Positions 11,101-21,200 of a stretch of 64,000 nt of DNA are shown piece after piece. The notes beneath the pieces are model-generated. The model was not told where the DNA came from and ran no database searches. It saw only the letters and a program-made list of their open reading frames with translations. The number at the start of each line of letters is the position of its first letter. Within the stretch, counting starts at the first letter, position 1. Both the position numbers and the translations under genes were made by a program. This stretch comes from Thermoplasmatota archaeon (GTDB lineage: Archaea > Thermoplasmatota > Penumbrarchaeia > Penumbrarchaeales > Penumbrarchaeaceae), in the NCBI GenBank assembly GCA_029762535.1, contig JARVGK010000009.1, positions 41,759 to 105,758 on the forward strand, given 5' to 3'.

Positions 11101-12501
11101 GTCAACGGAAAGAGCTACAACTACACCATCAAGGCTCGGAACGTGGTCGGTTTCGGACCCCTGTCCGATTTCGCGACCTGCGAGCCAATGGGCCGCCCCT
11201 CGTCCCCCCGCAGCGTGATACTGGAAGTCCATCCCGGTTCCATAACCCTGTCGTGGTTTCCGCCGTCGGACAATGGCGGGTCAGATATAGAGGAATATCT
11301 CATTTATCGCTCCATGGACGGATCGGAATGGACGATGATCATGTCAGTTCCTTTCACGGACCTCTCATATACTGATAAATGCCTGATCAACGGAAAGACC
11401 TATCATTACACTATCACCGTAAAGAACCATTTTCAGGAATCCGAACCCTCGATCGCTCTGAACGGTACGCCGTTGGACGTTCCCGGGATGCCACCGATGC
11501 TGACCCTGACCGCTGGTGACGGTTACGTTCTCCTCAATTGGGAGACATCAACGATCGATGGCGGAACCCCTATCCTTGGCTTCTGGATACTCCGGGGAAA
11601 GAACGAGTCCTCGATGGTATCCATGATCGAGGTCGGAGCCAACGTCCTCATGTTCAACGATACGACCGTTGAGAACGGAAAGGAATATCTCTATCAGGTC
11701 AAGGCGTTCAATGCGTTCGGGATGGGACGTGGAACCGGGTTCATCTCCGCGATTCCTGCAGGCCTTCCGTCACCTCCCGTAATAGTCGTAGTTACATCGG
11801 GCGACAGGTTTGTGGAGATAGAATGGTCGGAGCCCCTTGTGAACGGCGGCTTTCCGATCAATACGGTTAGAATCTACAAATGGACGGAGAACTCCTCCGC
11901 ATCAGTGATCCTCAGGACAGATGATGTACAGGGATCGTTCAAAGACATATCAGTTGAGAACGGGATCACATACATGTATGCTATGAGTTGCGAAAATGAT
12001 ATCGGAGAGGGGTCCAGATCCTGTGTGTTAAATGCAACTCCATTAGGACAACCCTCGGCACCGACGAGATTGTCGATCAACCCCCTATCCCCGACCTCGG
12101 TTGAGATAAGCTGGGGATCTCCCCAGGACACCGGAGGATCGCCGATCGTGAGCTATCACATCTACAGGTCGGAGGATTCCGAATCCTGGCGTAAGATCGC
12201 TTTTATAAGCGGTGACGAGCTGAATTACACGGATCCCAACCTGGACTCTGGCAGGGTTTATTGGTACAGGGTTTCGGCCGAGAACGCTCAGGGAGAAGGT
12301 CCGCATGGGGAAGAGATATCCATCGAGTTGAAGGAGAGTGGCGGGTTCTCGGGCATGTATCTCCTGATTGCCGGGGCGGTGCTGTTCCTGATCATTCTCG
12401 GGTCCGCGCTGGGGTTGGCCATATTACGAAGGAAAAAAGGATCCTTTGAAAGTCCTGCCCCGGGAGAAGTGGAGGCATCACCATGCGATATGGATACTTG
12501 A
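8158..12501 (+). CDS. SBBP beta-propeller + fibronectin type III cell-surface protein
   Basis: Signal peptide, FIENGGQW N-domain, repeated YST(Y/F)LGG / GxTxSxDFP blades, about 7 FN3 repeats (LxWxPPxDxGG), C-terminal TM + RRKK. Confidence 0.9.
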   Translation: MGQARSLHVGIVLLLVMNMPVFGSGDPDPEITREIPLPIPGDISSALHSLASDPFIENGGQWDPEILFVTSTDVGKVALCRGGIIQRVMIQERSRPSPQLDRPRSTVADSCDIGIMFEGGSPSFVVGEGRVDTIYNYYLGNDSSRWATDLNGYRSVLYAEVWPGIDIVYHQRGGRLKYDIILSPGADPDEVKLKIDGARSVHISEGSLVISTPIGVDLIDSEPIANYDSGESVGVALSLDENVYSFNLAPYDYSRSVVIDPEYNVNALNFSTYIGGRQDDQPTRMDTDRSGDIYIVGDTGSQDFPLKYAYQNSLFGIDAFILKLDKDGPGIKYSTFIGGSSYDIATDIKIDSSGCAFITGKTGSKDFPVTAGAYDNTLDYYDLFILKLNNIGNGLLYSTYLGGSGVEGYGARPILYLDEGDRIYIASNTNSDNFPVTSDAFQASLSSPLQHDMIIVKMDLSSMTLLYSTYLGGTDMDYPSSIVVANGYAYIGGTTYSNDFNVTSGAYLTSNSGGSTGFILKFDMKQRSLVYCTYFGGSGDDKLNDIAVDVQGNVYACGNTGSIDLPVPFTALGTTLNGTSDGFVMCLDPKGSALLFSSFIGGSGEEVLNALFVDPDSNIHLIGYEKDPDEDGFDFPTMAGVVQEQARGGEEEVVYVKLDSNASHYLYSTFLGGNGDDKGLDIFVDPSSGEPVILGYTSSSNFPVKPGSFDTSYTFYEIFVTKFVLTFPPSKPRNLESRSGDSFVELRWDPPSDDGGAPIIKYSVWRGSQGGNLSMRLDNVTCLTYNDTSVENGHVYYYGVRALNRAWEGPFSDEVSSYPVSIPTSPRNLRVTSWGDEVLELSWMYPNYTGGEGIPIRGYNLYRIAAGEPEPLKISIDGSLLHYSDENVMNGVNYSYRATAFNDHGESPPSDPVHAVPMTIPTGVTDPYVLCGSRFAHLFWGPPDDDGGSPILDYMILREEGLDKKLITLDGNHTEYNDTSLVNGKSYNYTIKARNVVGFGPLSDFATCEPMGRPSSPRSVILEVHPGSITLSWFPPSDNGGSDIEEYLIYRSMDGSEWTMIMSVPFTDLSYTDKCLINGKTYHYTITVKNHFQESEPSIALNGTPLDVPGMPPMLTLTAGDGYVLLNWETSTIDGGTPILGFWILRGKNESSMVSMIEVGANVLMFNDTTVENGKEYLYQVKAFNAFGMGRGTGFISAIPAGLPSPPVIVVVTSGDRFVEIEWSEPLVNGGFPINTVRIYKWTENSSASVILRTDDVQGSFKDISVENGITYMYAMSCENDIGEGSRSCVLNATPLGQPSAPTRLSINPLSPTSVEISWGSPQDTGGSPIVSYHIYRSEDSESWRKIAFISGDELNYTDPNLDSGRVYWYRVSAENAQGEGPHGEEISIELKESGGFSGMYLLIAGAVLFLIILGSALGLAILRRKKGSFESPAPGEVEASPCDMDT

Positions 12502-12540
12502 ATGAGGTGCCCTGTGCAGAGGGCATCCTTGACCTATGGT

Positions 12541-12599
12541 CCTTTTCCTTGTTTCGTTCTCTTAGCAGACGCCCCTTCATCCCAAGGAGCCGGTGATAT
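12541..12599 (-). pseudogene. Relic fragment of the AbiEii-like NTase gene
   Basis: About 54/60 nt identical to 5571-5630 (GMKGRLLxERxKEKD), including a 1-bp deletion. Confidence 0.8.
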
Positions 12600-12759
12600 G
12601 TCGCATCCCGATCTCGACGATAGAGTGAGGGAGCTGGTGAGATCCCCTTAGGAGGGGGATCCCCGCGCCGGATCCGAATGAGATTCCTTGACCACGGCAA
12701 CGATCCCTTCGGGATCCGTGTTGTTTCAACAGTTGTTGAAAATGCTTCCTATTATTAAA
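12600..12759 (+). repeat. Direct repeat copy C plus duplicated AbiEi upstream region with third operator palindrome
   Basis: 12600-12682 ~ 5234-5316; 12668-12741 ~ 7237-7310; 12724-12759 ~ 7178-7213. Confidence 0.9.
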
Positions 12760-12866
12760 TCTTACAATAACATGTCGTTTCATACGATCCAAAGTATATC
12801 ATTGATCCTTCACACTCCAATCAGTAAAGGATCGCTCCTAATAGCCAGCTATAATGGGATCCCCCA

Positions 12867-13307
12867 TCATTTCTTTATTGATGCGGCCGTCATCAAATGC
12901 TCGATCCTTTCTATGAACGAACTGGCCCTCTCCAAGGCATCCGATGATTCTTCATCATCGGTCCCGAGGGATTCTACACCGTAGAACCATTGATGTCTCT
13001 CAAGACGATACGTATCCAGCCACGATATCATATCCAGTCCCAGATCATCTTTATGTTTTTCCATGAGATAGAGAACTACACAATAATGATTCTTTTCGAC
13101 GACCCCCTCACTGAAAAGAAGCGATCTTGCCGCTTGGAACATAGCTGCATATGATGCGACCACGGATTCGTCGAAGAACCCGCTCTCATTGAGGTCAGCG
13201 GCCCTCTGTATTTTCTGGTTTGCCATCTCCATCGATCTTTCCGACATGGATATGTTGGGATCGACCTTTCTCAACATACGACCCTTGAAACAATCCTCCA
13301 ACCTCAT
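12867..13307 (-). CDS. HEPN domain protein
   Basis: SYAAMFQAARSLL, KNH, RH..FYG; ATGA overlap with the MNT gene. Confidence 0.85.
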   Translation of the reverse strand: MRLEDCFKGRMLRKVDPNISMSERSMEMANQKIQRAADLNESGFFDESVVASYAAMFQAARSLLFSEGVVEKNHYCVVLYLMEKHKDDLGLDMISWLDTYRLERHQWFYGVESLGTDDEESSDALERASSFIERIEHLMTAASIKK

Positions 13308-13861
13308 AATGCAACCAACCTTTTACCATGGAGCGTGATCCCATCCGAAATGACCTCAAGGTAGAAAGCCCTGTTCGTCATTGATTGCTTCTCCCATTCG
13401 TCAGGCCTCATCTGAACGATCGAGATCTCCGGTTCGTGGATCCCTAACGTATCGCGGGCGATCCTCTTCCTTGTCGATGAGATCACAAGCAGATCGATAT
13501 CGCTTTTCCGATCGTTCTTGCCCGAGGCATAGCTGCCGTAAAGGACGATAGATATGATCCCTTCGTTCTCTTGGATCAACCTCTGAACGATCCCTCTCTC
13601 CTTTACCTTGGCGAGGTTGTATGATATCTTAAGGTACCTCAACGTCATGTCATCCAAGTTGGCCCTGAAAAGAGTATGGTTCTTTTCAGCGTACTTGACC
13701 ACAAGATCGTCCTTTACCAGTATATCGAGGCATCGCTTCACCGTCATGGGACTCATCTCAAGATTTCTGGCGATCTCCCTGAGGTAGAACCCCTCATAAG
13801 GATCTTCGATCAGCCGTGATAGGACCTTGATAGTGTTTATATTTTGATACAGTTGTATCAT
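13304..13861 (-). CDS. wHTH + minimal nucleotidyltransferase (MNT) antitoxin
   Basis: N-terminal YLREIARNLEMS HTH; LYGSYASG...SDIDLLV; start trimmed to MIQLYQ. Confidence 0.9.
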   Translation of the reverse strand: MIQLYQNINTIKVLSRLIEDPYEGFYLREIARNLEMSPMTVKRCLDILVKDDLVVKYAEKNHTLFRANLDDMTLRYLKISYNLAKVKERGIVQRLIQENEGIISIVLYGSYASGKNDRKSDIDLLVISSTRKRIARDTLGIHEPEISIVQMRPDEWEKQSMTNRAFYLEVISDGITLHGKRLVAL

Positions 13862-13922
13862 AATATGGACATATATGATATGAATAAATATAGTTTTCGT
13901 TACCATACTTTCATAAGATCGA

Positions 13923-13962
13923 AGGAGGGGGATCCCCGCGCCGGATCCGAATGAGATCCCGG
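13923..13962 (+). repeat. Direct repeat copy D
   Basis: AGGAGGGGGATCCCCGCGCCGGATCCGAATGAGAT identical (35 bp) to 12650-12684. Confidence 0.95.
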
Positions 13963-14042
13963 TAGTTACACGATCATATCCGCCATATGTTTGTTAAAAG
14001 AACGGGTTAATGTAATATACCGGCCTTCTTCTTTGTATCGAT

Positions 14043-17000
14043 ATGAGGTGTGTGGTCTCGATCAGCATCGCATTGATCATGCTCCTCCTTGTCATGAACA
14101 TACCTGTGTTCGGATCGGGGGATCCCGATACAGAGATCACCCAGGATATTCCCCTCCCGATCCCCGGGGATGTCCTGTCCATTGTCAGCTCCCTTGCATC
14201 TGGACCTTTCATAGAGAACAGAGGCCAATGGGATCCCTCGATATTATACATGATCTCCAACGAGTACGGGAAGATGGCCCTTGCCAAAGACGGGATCTAC
14301 CACTGGGTCCACAAATTCGAAAGAAGGGAAACCGATCCCATTGAGGATGCCCCAGAGTTCGAAATGATCGACTCTTGTCTTATCAAAGCCCTCTTCGAGG
14401 GCGGATCCCCTTCCTCCGTCCAGGGAGAGGATCCCGTCCAGACGAGTTACAACTTCTTCCTTGGCAACGACAGCTCAAGGTGGGCGTCGGATGTCAGAGG
14501 GTATGGATCCGTCCTCTACGAAGACGTTTGGGACGGGATCGACATCCATTACTATCAGAAAGAGGGCAGGGTCAAGTATGATCTCCTCCTCTCCCCCGGG
14601 GCAGATCCAGATCTGATAAGGATGAGGATCGAGGGGGCGGGATCCATACGAAATGATGGTGGCGACCTGATCATATCCACGCCGATAGGAGTGGATCTCC
14701 TCGATTCGGGGCTGGTCTCTTATTATACGACGGGGGAGCATATTCCATCCTCATTTCTACTCGAGGGGAACATATACGGCTTTGACATCGGACCGTATGA
14801 TAGGACGAGATCGATCGTGATCGATCCTCTGGTCGCATCCACTTATGCGGGTGGAACGGACCGAGATATCGCTAAGAAGGTGATGAGTGATGATGATGGT
14901 AATTGGATAGTTGCTGGAGAAACATTTTCAACCGATCTTCCGGTAACGACGGGTGTGATCCAGTCCATTCATTCCGGAAAAAGAGATTGTGCGATCCTCA
15001 AATTCGATCATAGGATGAAGAATTTGATATTCGCTACATATTATGGTGGTTCTGATAATGAATTTTTAAATGACATGTCTTTGATCGGAAATGATATAAT
15101 TATTGGAGGGTACTCAAATTCTTATGATCTTCCTATTACAAACGGTTCTTTATATGAGAGTTATAATGGTAATTGGGACGGTTTTCTCGCCAGAATAGAT
15201 AGTAAAGGATCCAACTTGACGTTCTCAACATATATCGGGGGTCCAGAATTTGATTCTGTTGAATCTATTAAAGTGAATAATAATAACATGGATATATACA
15301 TTACCGGAAGAATTAGTTCAAATAATTACCCCATCACGAATAATTCAATGTACAAAGAGAATCTATACTATGGTTTCTTATCGATATTATCATCGGATTG
15401 TTCGGAATTTATTTATTCTACATATTTTTCTGCTGGATCTTTTATTGAATTAATGGATAATGGGTATGTGGTCATTGCTGTTTCAAATTCTATACGTGAT
15501 TATCCTACCACTCCTGGATCATATGATACTACCCATAATGGTAATGTTGATATTTATATCGCTTGTTTTGATATACAAAATAATTCTTATATATTCGCTA
15601 CATATATCGGTGGAGTTGAAAATGATATTGTAGTTTCTATGAATATTGATATGAACAATAACATATACATAACAGGTACTACATATTCGAATAATTTTCC
15701 CGTTACCTCTGACGCATACAGCAGGAAGAAGGATGATACATTCGTATCCGTACTGAGTTCTGACGGAAAATATCTGCTGCATTCCACGTTCATCGGCGGC
15801 AGCGATATAGAGGTCGTCTCTTCGATAGCTTTGGACGGCCAGGGTTATCCGTTCATAACCGGCTATACCAGGTCCGGGGACTATCCCACGACATGGGGAT
15901 CCTATGATAGATCCTACAATCAGGGCATTGATTCTTTCATCACATCATTTGACAGGAACCTTTCATACCTGCGCTATTCCACATATTTCGGGGGATCGAG
16001 CAACGATTATGCATTAGATATCTATATGGACGAACTCGATCAGGCCGTGATAGCGGGCGAGACCTATTCCTCCGATCTACCAACGGTCTGGGGCTGTTAC
16101 GATGTGACCTGGAACGGTCATTACGACATGTTCATATCAGTTATCAACATCTCGACTCCACCATCCGAGCCCCTATCCTTATCCGGGGACATATCTGACG
16201 GATGCATATCCTTGGAATGGGATCCCCCGCTGTCGAATGGCGGCGCCAACATCACCGGGTACAATATCTATCGTGGTCGTACCGCGGACAACATGTCCTC
16301 GGTAGCAAGGGGGGTCCAAACCCTATCATACGATGACAGGACCATCGTCAACGGCCGGTCTTATGTTTATCATGTCACGGCCGTGAACGCGGCAGGCGAA
16401 TCAAACGCCAGCGATAACGTCACGGTGTTCGATGACATGGTTCCGATCTTCCTGTCCGATCTGACGCCTGAGTCCGTGAACAATGGAGATATGCTCTTTT
16501 TCTCCGTGATCGTATCCGACAACGTCCTTGTCACAGAGGTGTCCCTATCATTTCGGATCGATGATGGGGATTCTGATAAAGTGGATATGGTTCGGGACGG
16601 AATATTCTGGAACCATTCGACGACTGTCCCGAACGAGCATATCCGCTTTGTTCATTATCGATTCACCGCAGCGGATCCCTCCGGCAATTCCAATTCCACG
16701 AAAGAGAAAAGTATACTGATCATCGACTCGGAACCGCCCTTGCTCCATTCTTTCAATGTCCCCTCTGTCGTCAAGCCCGAGAGGACCGTGTCCCTGGATC
16801 TGGCAACGAGCGACAACGTGGGCGTGTTGAGCGCCGAGGTCGAGCACTGGTACGATGATGTATCCCCGGTGATCTGCCCCCTGGTCCGTAAGGACGGAAT
16901 GAAATGGGGCTTGAACCTGAGCGCCCCCCCCGTCCAGACAGTTTGGAGGATCGTCTTTCACTCACATGACGGCACGAACCGTGCCTCATCGGACCTCTTC

Positions 17001-18293
17001 AACGTCTCCGTTATCGATTCGGATCCGCCAACGTTCCTGGACGATCTCACCCCCTCCGAGATCGAATGCGGCGCATACCTCGAGTTCAAGGCCGTTGTCC
17101 TGGACGACGTATCCGTCGGATCCGTTCTTGTGAATTTCAGTCACGACGGGAAATTCTGGCAGATCCGTGAGATGGAGCATCTCGGCTCAGACGTCTATTC
17201 GTTCTCCATATATGTTAATCCGTCCTTGGAGAGCATACTCTACAGTCTTGAGAGTTCGGACATATACGGAAATTCGGATGCTTCCGATGTGAGGACGGTA
17301 AATGTGATCGACATCCTCCCTCCGTTCTTTATCGATGACGTATCCGACCGTGTTGCGACGACGGGTGACGAATGCCTTCTATCGGTCCGCGCCGTGGACA
17401 ACATGGGTATATCCAAGCTCAGTGTGTTCTACTGGTATTCTTTCTCCGAAGTCTTCAGGAAGGACATCACCTCAAGCTTGGTCGATGACCGTTATTCTAT
17501 GAATATCCGGATCCCGTCAGATTCCGATCGCCCCCTCAACTACTACTTCGAGGCAGTTGACCTATCCGGGAACGTCAACAGGACCCCGGATCGGGTCGTC
17601 CCGGTCCTGGACGACGATCCCCCTACCATATTCGACCTGAAATTCAACGAGACCGCCGGAACGGGCGAATCGTACATGATAACTGCATCTTTCCGGGATA
17701 ATATAAGGATCGATAGTTATTCTCTTTCAGCATCGATGGGAGGATCTCCTCTTTCGAACAGGAGCATATCCGGCATGCCGGGTGAGGTCCTCTTCCTTGT
17801 GGACATTCCCGTGTACGAAGTGGGCAATCTCACGCTCTTGATCGATGTCAGTGACAGGGCCGGTAATGTGAATTCCACCGGTATCATATCTATCCCCGTT
17901 CTTGACACGATCCCTCCCCGGATCCCTCTTATGAATTCTTTTAAGATCAGAAGCGGCGAGACCTTCGAAATATTCGTCAATGCCACAGATAATATCGGGA
18001 TCGCGAGGATCGAGTGGCAGGGTCTTCCCGAGGAATTCGAGGGGGATCGCTATCGCGGATCCATAAGTAAGCCTGGATACTACGGTATAATGGTAACCGC
18101 TTATGATGAGGCGGGCAATACCGATCTGGTCATTTTCACGATAAGGGTCGTCGATGAGGATGTTAATATCAGATTAATCATAATCGGGTTCTCAGCATTC
18201 ATAGTACTTTCGATCCTAATATATCTCTTCTTTTTCTTCAAATTCAGTAAAAGACCGGATAGAAAGAATGATGAGGCCCCTCCTTCTGAGTGA
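14043..18293 (+). CDS. SBBP beta-propeller + FN3 + Ig-like cell-surface protein (paralog of 8158..12501)
   Basis: Closely similar N-terminus (LLLVMNxPVFGSGDPDxEITxxIPLPIPGD), SBBP blades, one FN3, repeated DxxPP...DNxG Ig-like units, C-terminal TM. Confidence 0.9.
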   Translation: MRCVVSISIALIMLLLVMNIPVFGSGDPDTEITQDIPLPIPGDVLSIVSSLASGPFIENRGQWDPSILYMISNEYGKMALAKDGIYHWVHKFERRETDPIEDAPEFEMIDSCLIKALFEGGSPSSVQGEDPVQTSYNFFLGNDSSRWASDVRGYGSVLYEDVWDGIDIHYYQKEGRVKYDLLLSPGADPDLIRMRIEGAGSIRNDGGDLIISTPIGVDLLDSGLVSYYTTGEHIPSSFLLEGNIYGFDIGPYDRTRSIVIDPLVASTYAGGTDRDIAKKVMSDDDGNWIVAGETFSTDLPVTTGVIQSIHSGKRDCAILKFDHRMKNLIFATYYGGSDNEFLNDMSLIGNDIIIGGYSNSYDLPITNGSLYESYNGNWDGFLARIDSKGSNLTFSTYIGGPEFDSVESIKVNNNNMDIYITGRISSNNYPITNNSMYKENLYYGFLSILSSDCSEFIYSTYFSAGSFIELMDNGYVVIAVSNSIRDYPTTPGSYDTTHNGNVDIYIACFDIQNNSYIFATYIGGVENDIVVSMNIDMNNNIYITGTTYSNNFPVTSDAYSRKKDDTFVSVLSSDGKYLLHSTFIGGSDIEVVSSIALDGQGYPFITGYTRSGDYPTTWGSYDRSYNQGIDSFITSFDRNLSYLRYSTYFGGSSNDYALDIYMDELDQAVIAGETYSSDLPTVWGCYDVTWNGHYDMFISVINISTPPSEPLSLSGDISDGCISLEWDPPLSNGGANITGYNIYRGRTADNMSSVARGVQTLSYDDRTIVNGRSYVYHVTAVNAAGESNASDNVTVFDDMVPIFLSDLTPESVNNGDMLFFSVIVSDNVLVTEVSLSFRIDDGDSDKVDMVRDGIFWNHSTTVPNEHIRFVHYRFTAADPSGNSNSTKEKSILIIDSEPPLLHSFNVPSVVKPERTVSLDLATSDNVGVLSAEVEHWYDDVSPVICPLVRKDGMKWGLNLSAPPVQTVWRIVFHSHDGTNRASSDLFNVSVIDSDPPTFLDDLTPSEIECGAYLEFKAVVLDDVSVGSVLVNFSHDGKFWQIREMEHLGSDVYSFSIYVNPSLESILYSLESSDIYGNSDASDVRTVNVIDILPPFFIDDVSDRVATTGDECLLSVRAVDNMGISKLSVFYWYSFSEVFRKDITSSLVDDRYSMNIRIPSDSDRPLNYYFEAVDLSGNVNRTPDRVVPVLDDDPPTIFDLKFNETAGTGESYMITASFRDNIRIDSYSLSASMGGSPLSNRSISGMPGEVLFLVDIPVYEVGNLTLLIDVSDRAGNVNSTGIISIPVLDTIPPRIPLMNSFKIRSGETFEIFVNATDNIGIARIEWQGLPEEFEGDRYRGSISKPGYYGIMVTAYDEAGNTDLVIFTIRVVDEDVNIRLIIIGFSAFIVLSILIYLFFFFKFSKRPDRKNDEAPPSE

Positions 18294-18299
18294 ATCGTT

Positions 18300-21200
18300 T
18301 CATAAATACAATTGACGCGCTGGTCCATTATCGATATAAATTATCGGTGCGGTTTTCCATTCATCAATAGGGGATGGCCATTTCTTGTTCCAAGGACATA
18401 CAAACATATCAGAATCTTTATTTGCCAAGCATGCACTGGTAAAATAAGCGGCTTCATTGAATGATATAATATAATCTATCAGGTATTGATCCCATATAAT
18501 ATCCCTATTATTATTTACTGAACTCACACCATCAGCATTTAAAACATCTCTGCCCCATGGATCTTCCTGTGTTAGGTGATTCCCTCGGTCCTCCCCAAAT
18601 AATTCATTTTCTATATAATAATTAGCTTCATTTTCTCCTTTAATTCTACTATAGAACATTACATTGTATCTGTATGATGTATCTGTTTCTCTCGATGAAG
18701 TCATAATGATCGATGATATTTCTTTTAGGTCATTAACAAAACCACCTGAATAGCAGAAATCTAAAAGGAGTATCGATTCTTTATATGAAATATTTTCCAA
18801 TTCTTCTTTCAAATCTGTATCCCACCAAATGTATTTAAAGATTTGAAATCTTCCTCCGACAATACTATCATAATCCAAATCATCAGATAATCCCACATAA
18901 TCAAATTTCCTGAATGGATCATCTTCAACAAATTCATGCGTTGCAAAACCTTCGTCAATATCAATATAATCATCAAGATCCTCTATGTATGCTAAACTGA
19001 ACTCTCCTTGTCGATCCCCTTCTGCATGTATATCGTCTTGATTCAAATCAACTCCAGTCAAATGTAATATCCTTGATGTTGAATTGTAATCATAACAATA
19101 ATGCATAGTATTATTCTCATCGATCCATGCTGCTTTAACTTGCGCATCCCATTGATCATTACCCATTGGATTATATCCGTTTGTGTGATTTACTTCTCTA
19201 AATGTTCCGTTAATATATAATCTCCACCACCATTCATTTAGATTTTGTACTAAATATATTTCTTCCATAATACTGTCATGGTTTATGTCGAATAACCAAC
19301 AAAAATTTGGATCACCTTTAATATCAGGAAATTCTATAGGATCGTTATTAAGAGGTATACCTGGACCTACTTGTTCTTGTAATGTCGTCCTCATAAAATA
19401 ATATAATTCAATGGCAAATTCCTGTTCACTAATATCAGCAAAATCTTCATGTTCATCATAATGATTTTCATCACCATTTAAGACGGTCCTACATCTACCA
19501 TTTCTCCATCCAAAATCCCATTCTTCCGAATTTTTATCCCAAATCGAATTATCATTTACATCTCCGTTATATCTAGGATCATCTTTGTAACCAACACCAT
19601 GATTCCTTAATTCTATAAATATAATGTCATTCTCATCCAATTTTGGTACTATGTGATACTCGTCTATTCGTTCATTTATTTCGACTCCTCCTTCGTGATA
19701 TGTAGTTTTTTGATGATATATACATGCGGGACCTCCATATTCCAATGCATCCAAAATATTTTTTAAACAGCCTTTATATGGACAACCATCCAACCAATAA
19801 GCTGTATCAGAACCACTATTTTTATATTTGTTATCATCTGTATCATAAATCCACTCACCCTGAAATTCTTCAGGTGTTAGGTCAAAATAAAAGGACATGA
19901 ATAAAACATCTTCGTCTTTCCAACCATTTGAAGATAAATAATGTCTCATCATGGTAATATCATAAGTAAATTGAATTTCTTTAGGATGAAATATAGGTGC
20001 CATTAAAATCGCAATTCTAGAATTATGAATCATTGAATTATATTGGATCGAATTATATGATCTTGATATTTCATAACAATCAGATATTCCGTCAGAATCT
20101 CTATCCTCTCTGAAATTCTTATAACCAGATGTTATAATAACTTCATCCATAAACCCATGAAAAAATGGTGTTTGATAAATATCCCCCCATATATTATCAG
20201 GACATCCTCCAATGTAATATTTATTTATTTCAGTTTGTACTAAATTTTCTTCAAAAATAATAGGATCATTACCTGAATAATAACAAAAATGTTTTGAATC
20301 CCAAAAACCGTTAATATACATATTTATAGTATCGTATAAATAATGTGGTGAATTTTTTCCTTCTATTGAATATGCAACATGAGTCCAATCATAATTTTTT
20401 GATAAAAAGCCTTTTGAATAAATAATACTTTCTGTTGAAGTTTGAATATATAACCTATATCTGTTACCCATCTGTTCATATTTTAAACCAAATACAACAG
20501 GATAATTTTGATAATTCTCTGATGAATAAGGACAGACAGATATAATTTGATCATCGTTGGTATCTATTATTTTTATCCATGCTTCAAATGTATGAACCCT
20601 AGGAATAAACACGTTGCCTACAAGATAATCGTTATTAGAATTAAAAAACACACATTTCCCGTATTTACCATTATTATTAATTGTTGGTCCTTCTCCTATC
20701 ATGCCGATTTCACAATCTTCGCTAAAATATGAACTATCGATTGTAATTGATCCATCGTCAAATGTGAAGTGTTGTTTTATTATATTAACTTTCAAGGCAT
20801 AATTATATATTTCAAAGTTATCTAACATTCCATGATAACCATATTCATTACCTCTACTACCAATAAAAATATCTTCTTCAGCAGGATATAGATTGATCAC
20901 ACCAAGATCCTTGCTTTTATCCAATTGACCATTTATGTATATATAACCCATCTGATCTTTTAATATGAACTGAATTTTATACCATTTCTCCATGGTTAAA
21001 GTACTATTTGAGGTTATTGATATTATCTTTCCATAATCGATATTACCAATATCTTTTACAACATCGATCTTTAATTTATTATTGTTTGTGATCATTGCTT
21101 GAAATTGGCCTGCTCGATATTGTGGATCAATATATAATTGATCATTAATATTAGAGAAAATAATTCTATCATTAGAAAACGGTTTTATATCAAATTTCAT

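Noticed and set aside
5234-13962. Repeats as a CRISPR array
   Set aside because: Spacing is kilobases and irregular; no cas genes.
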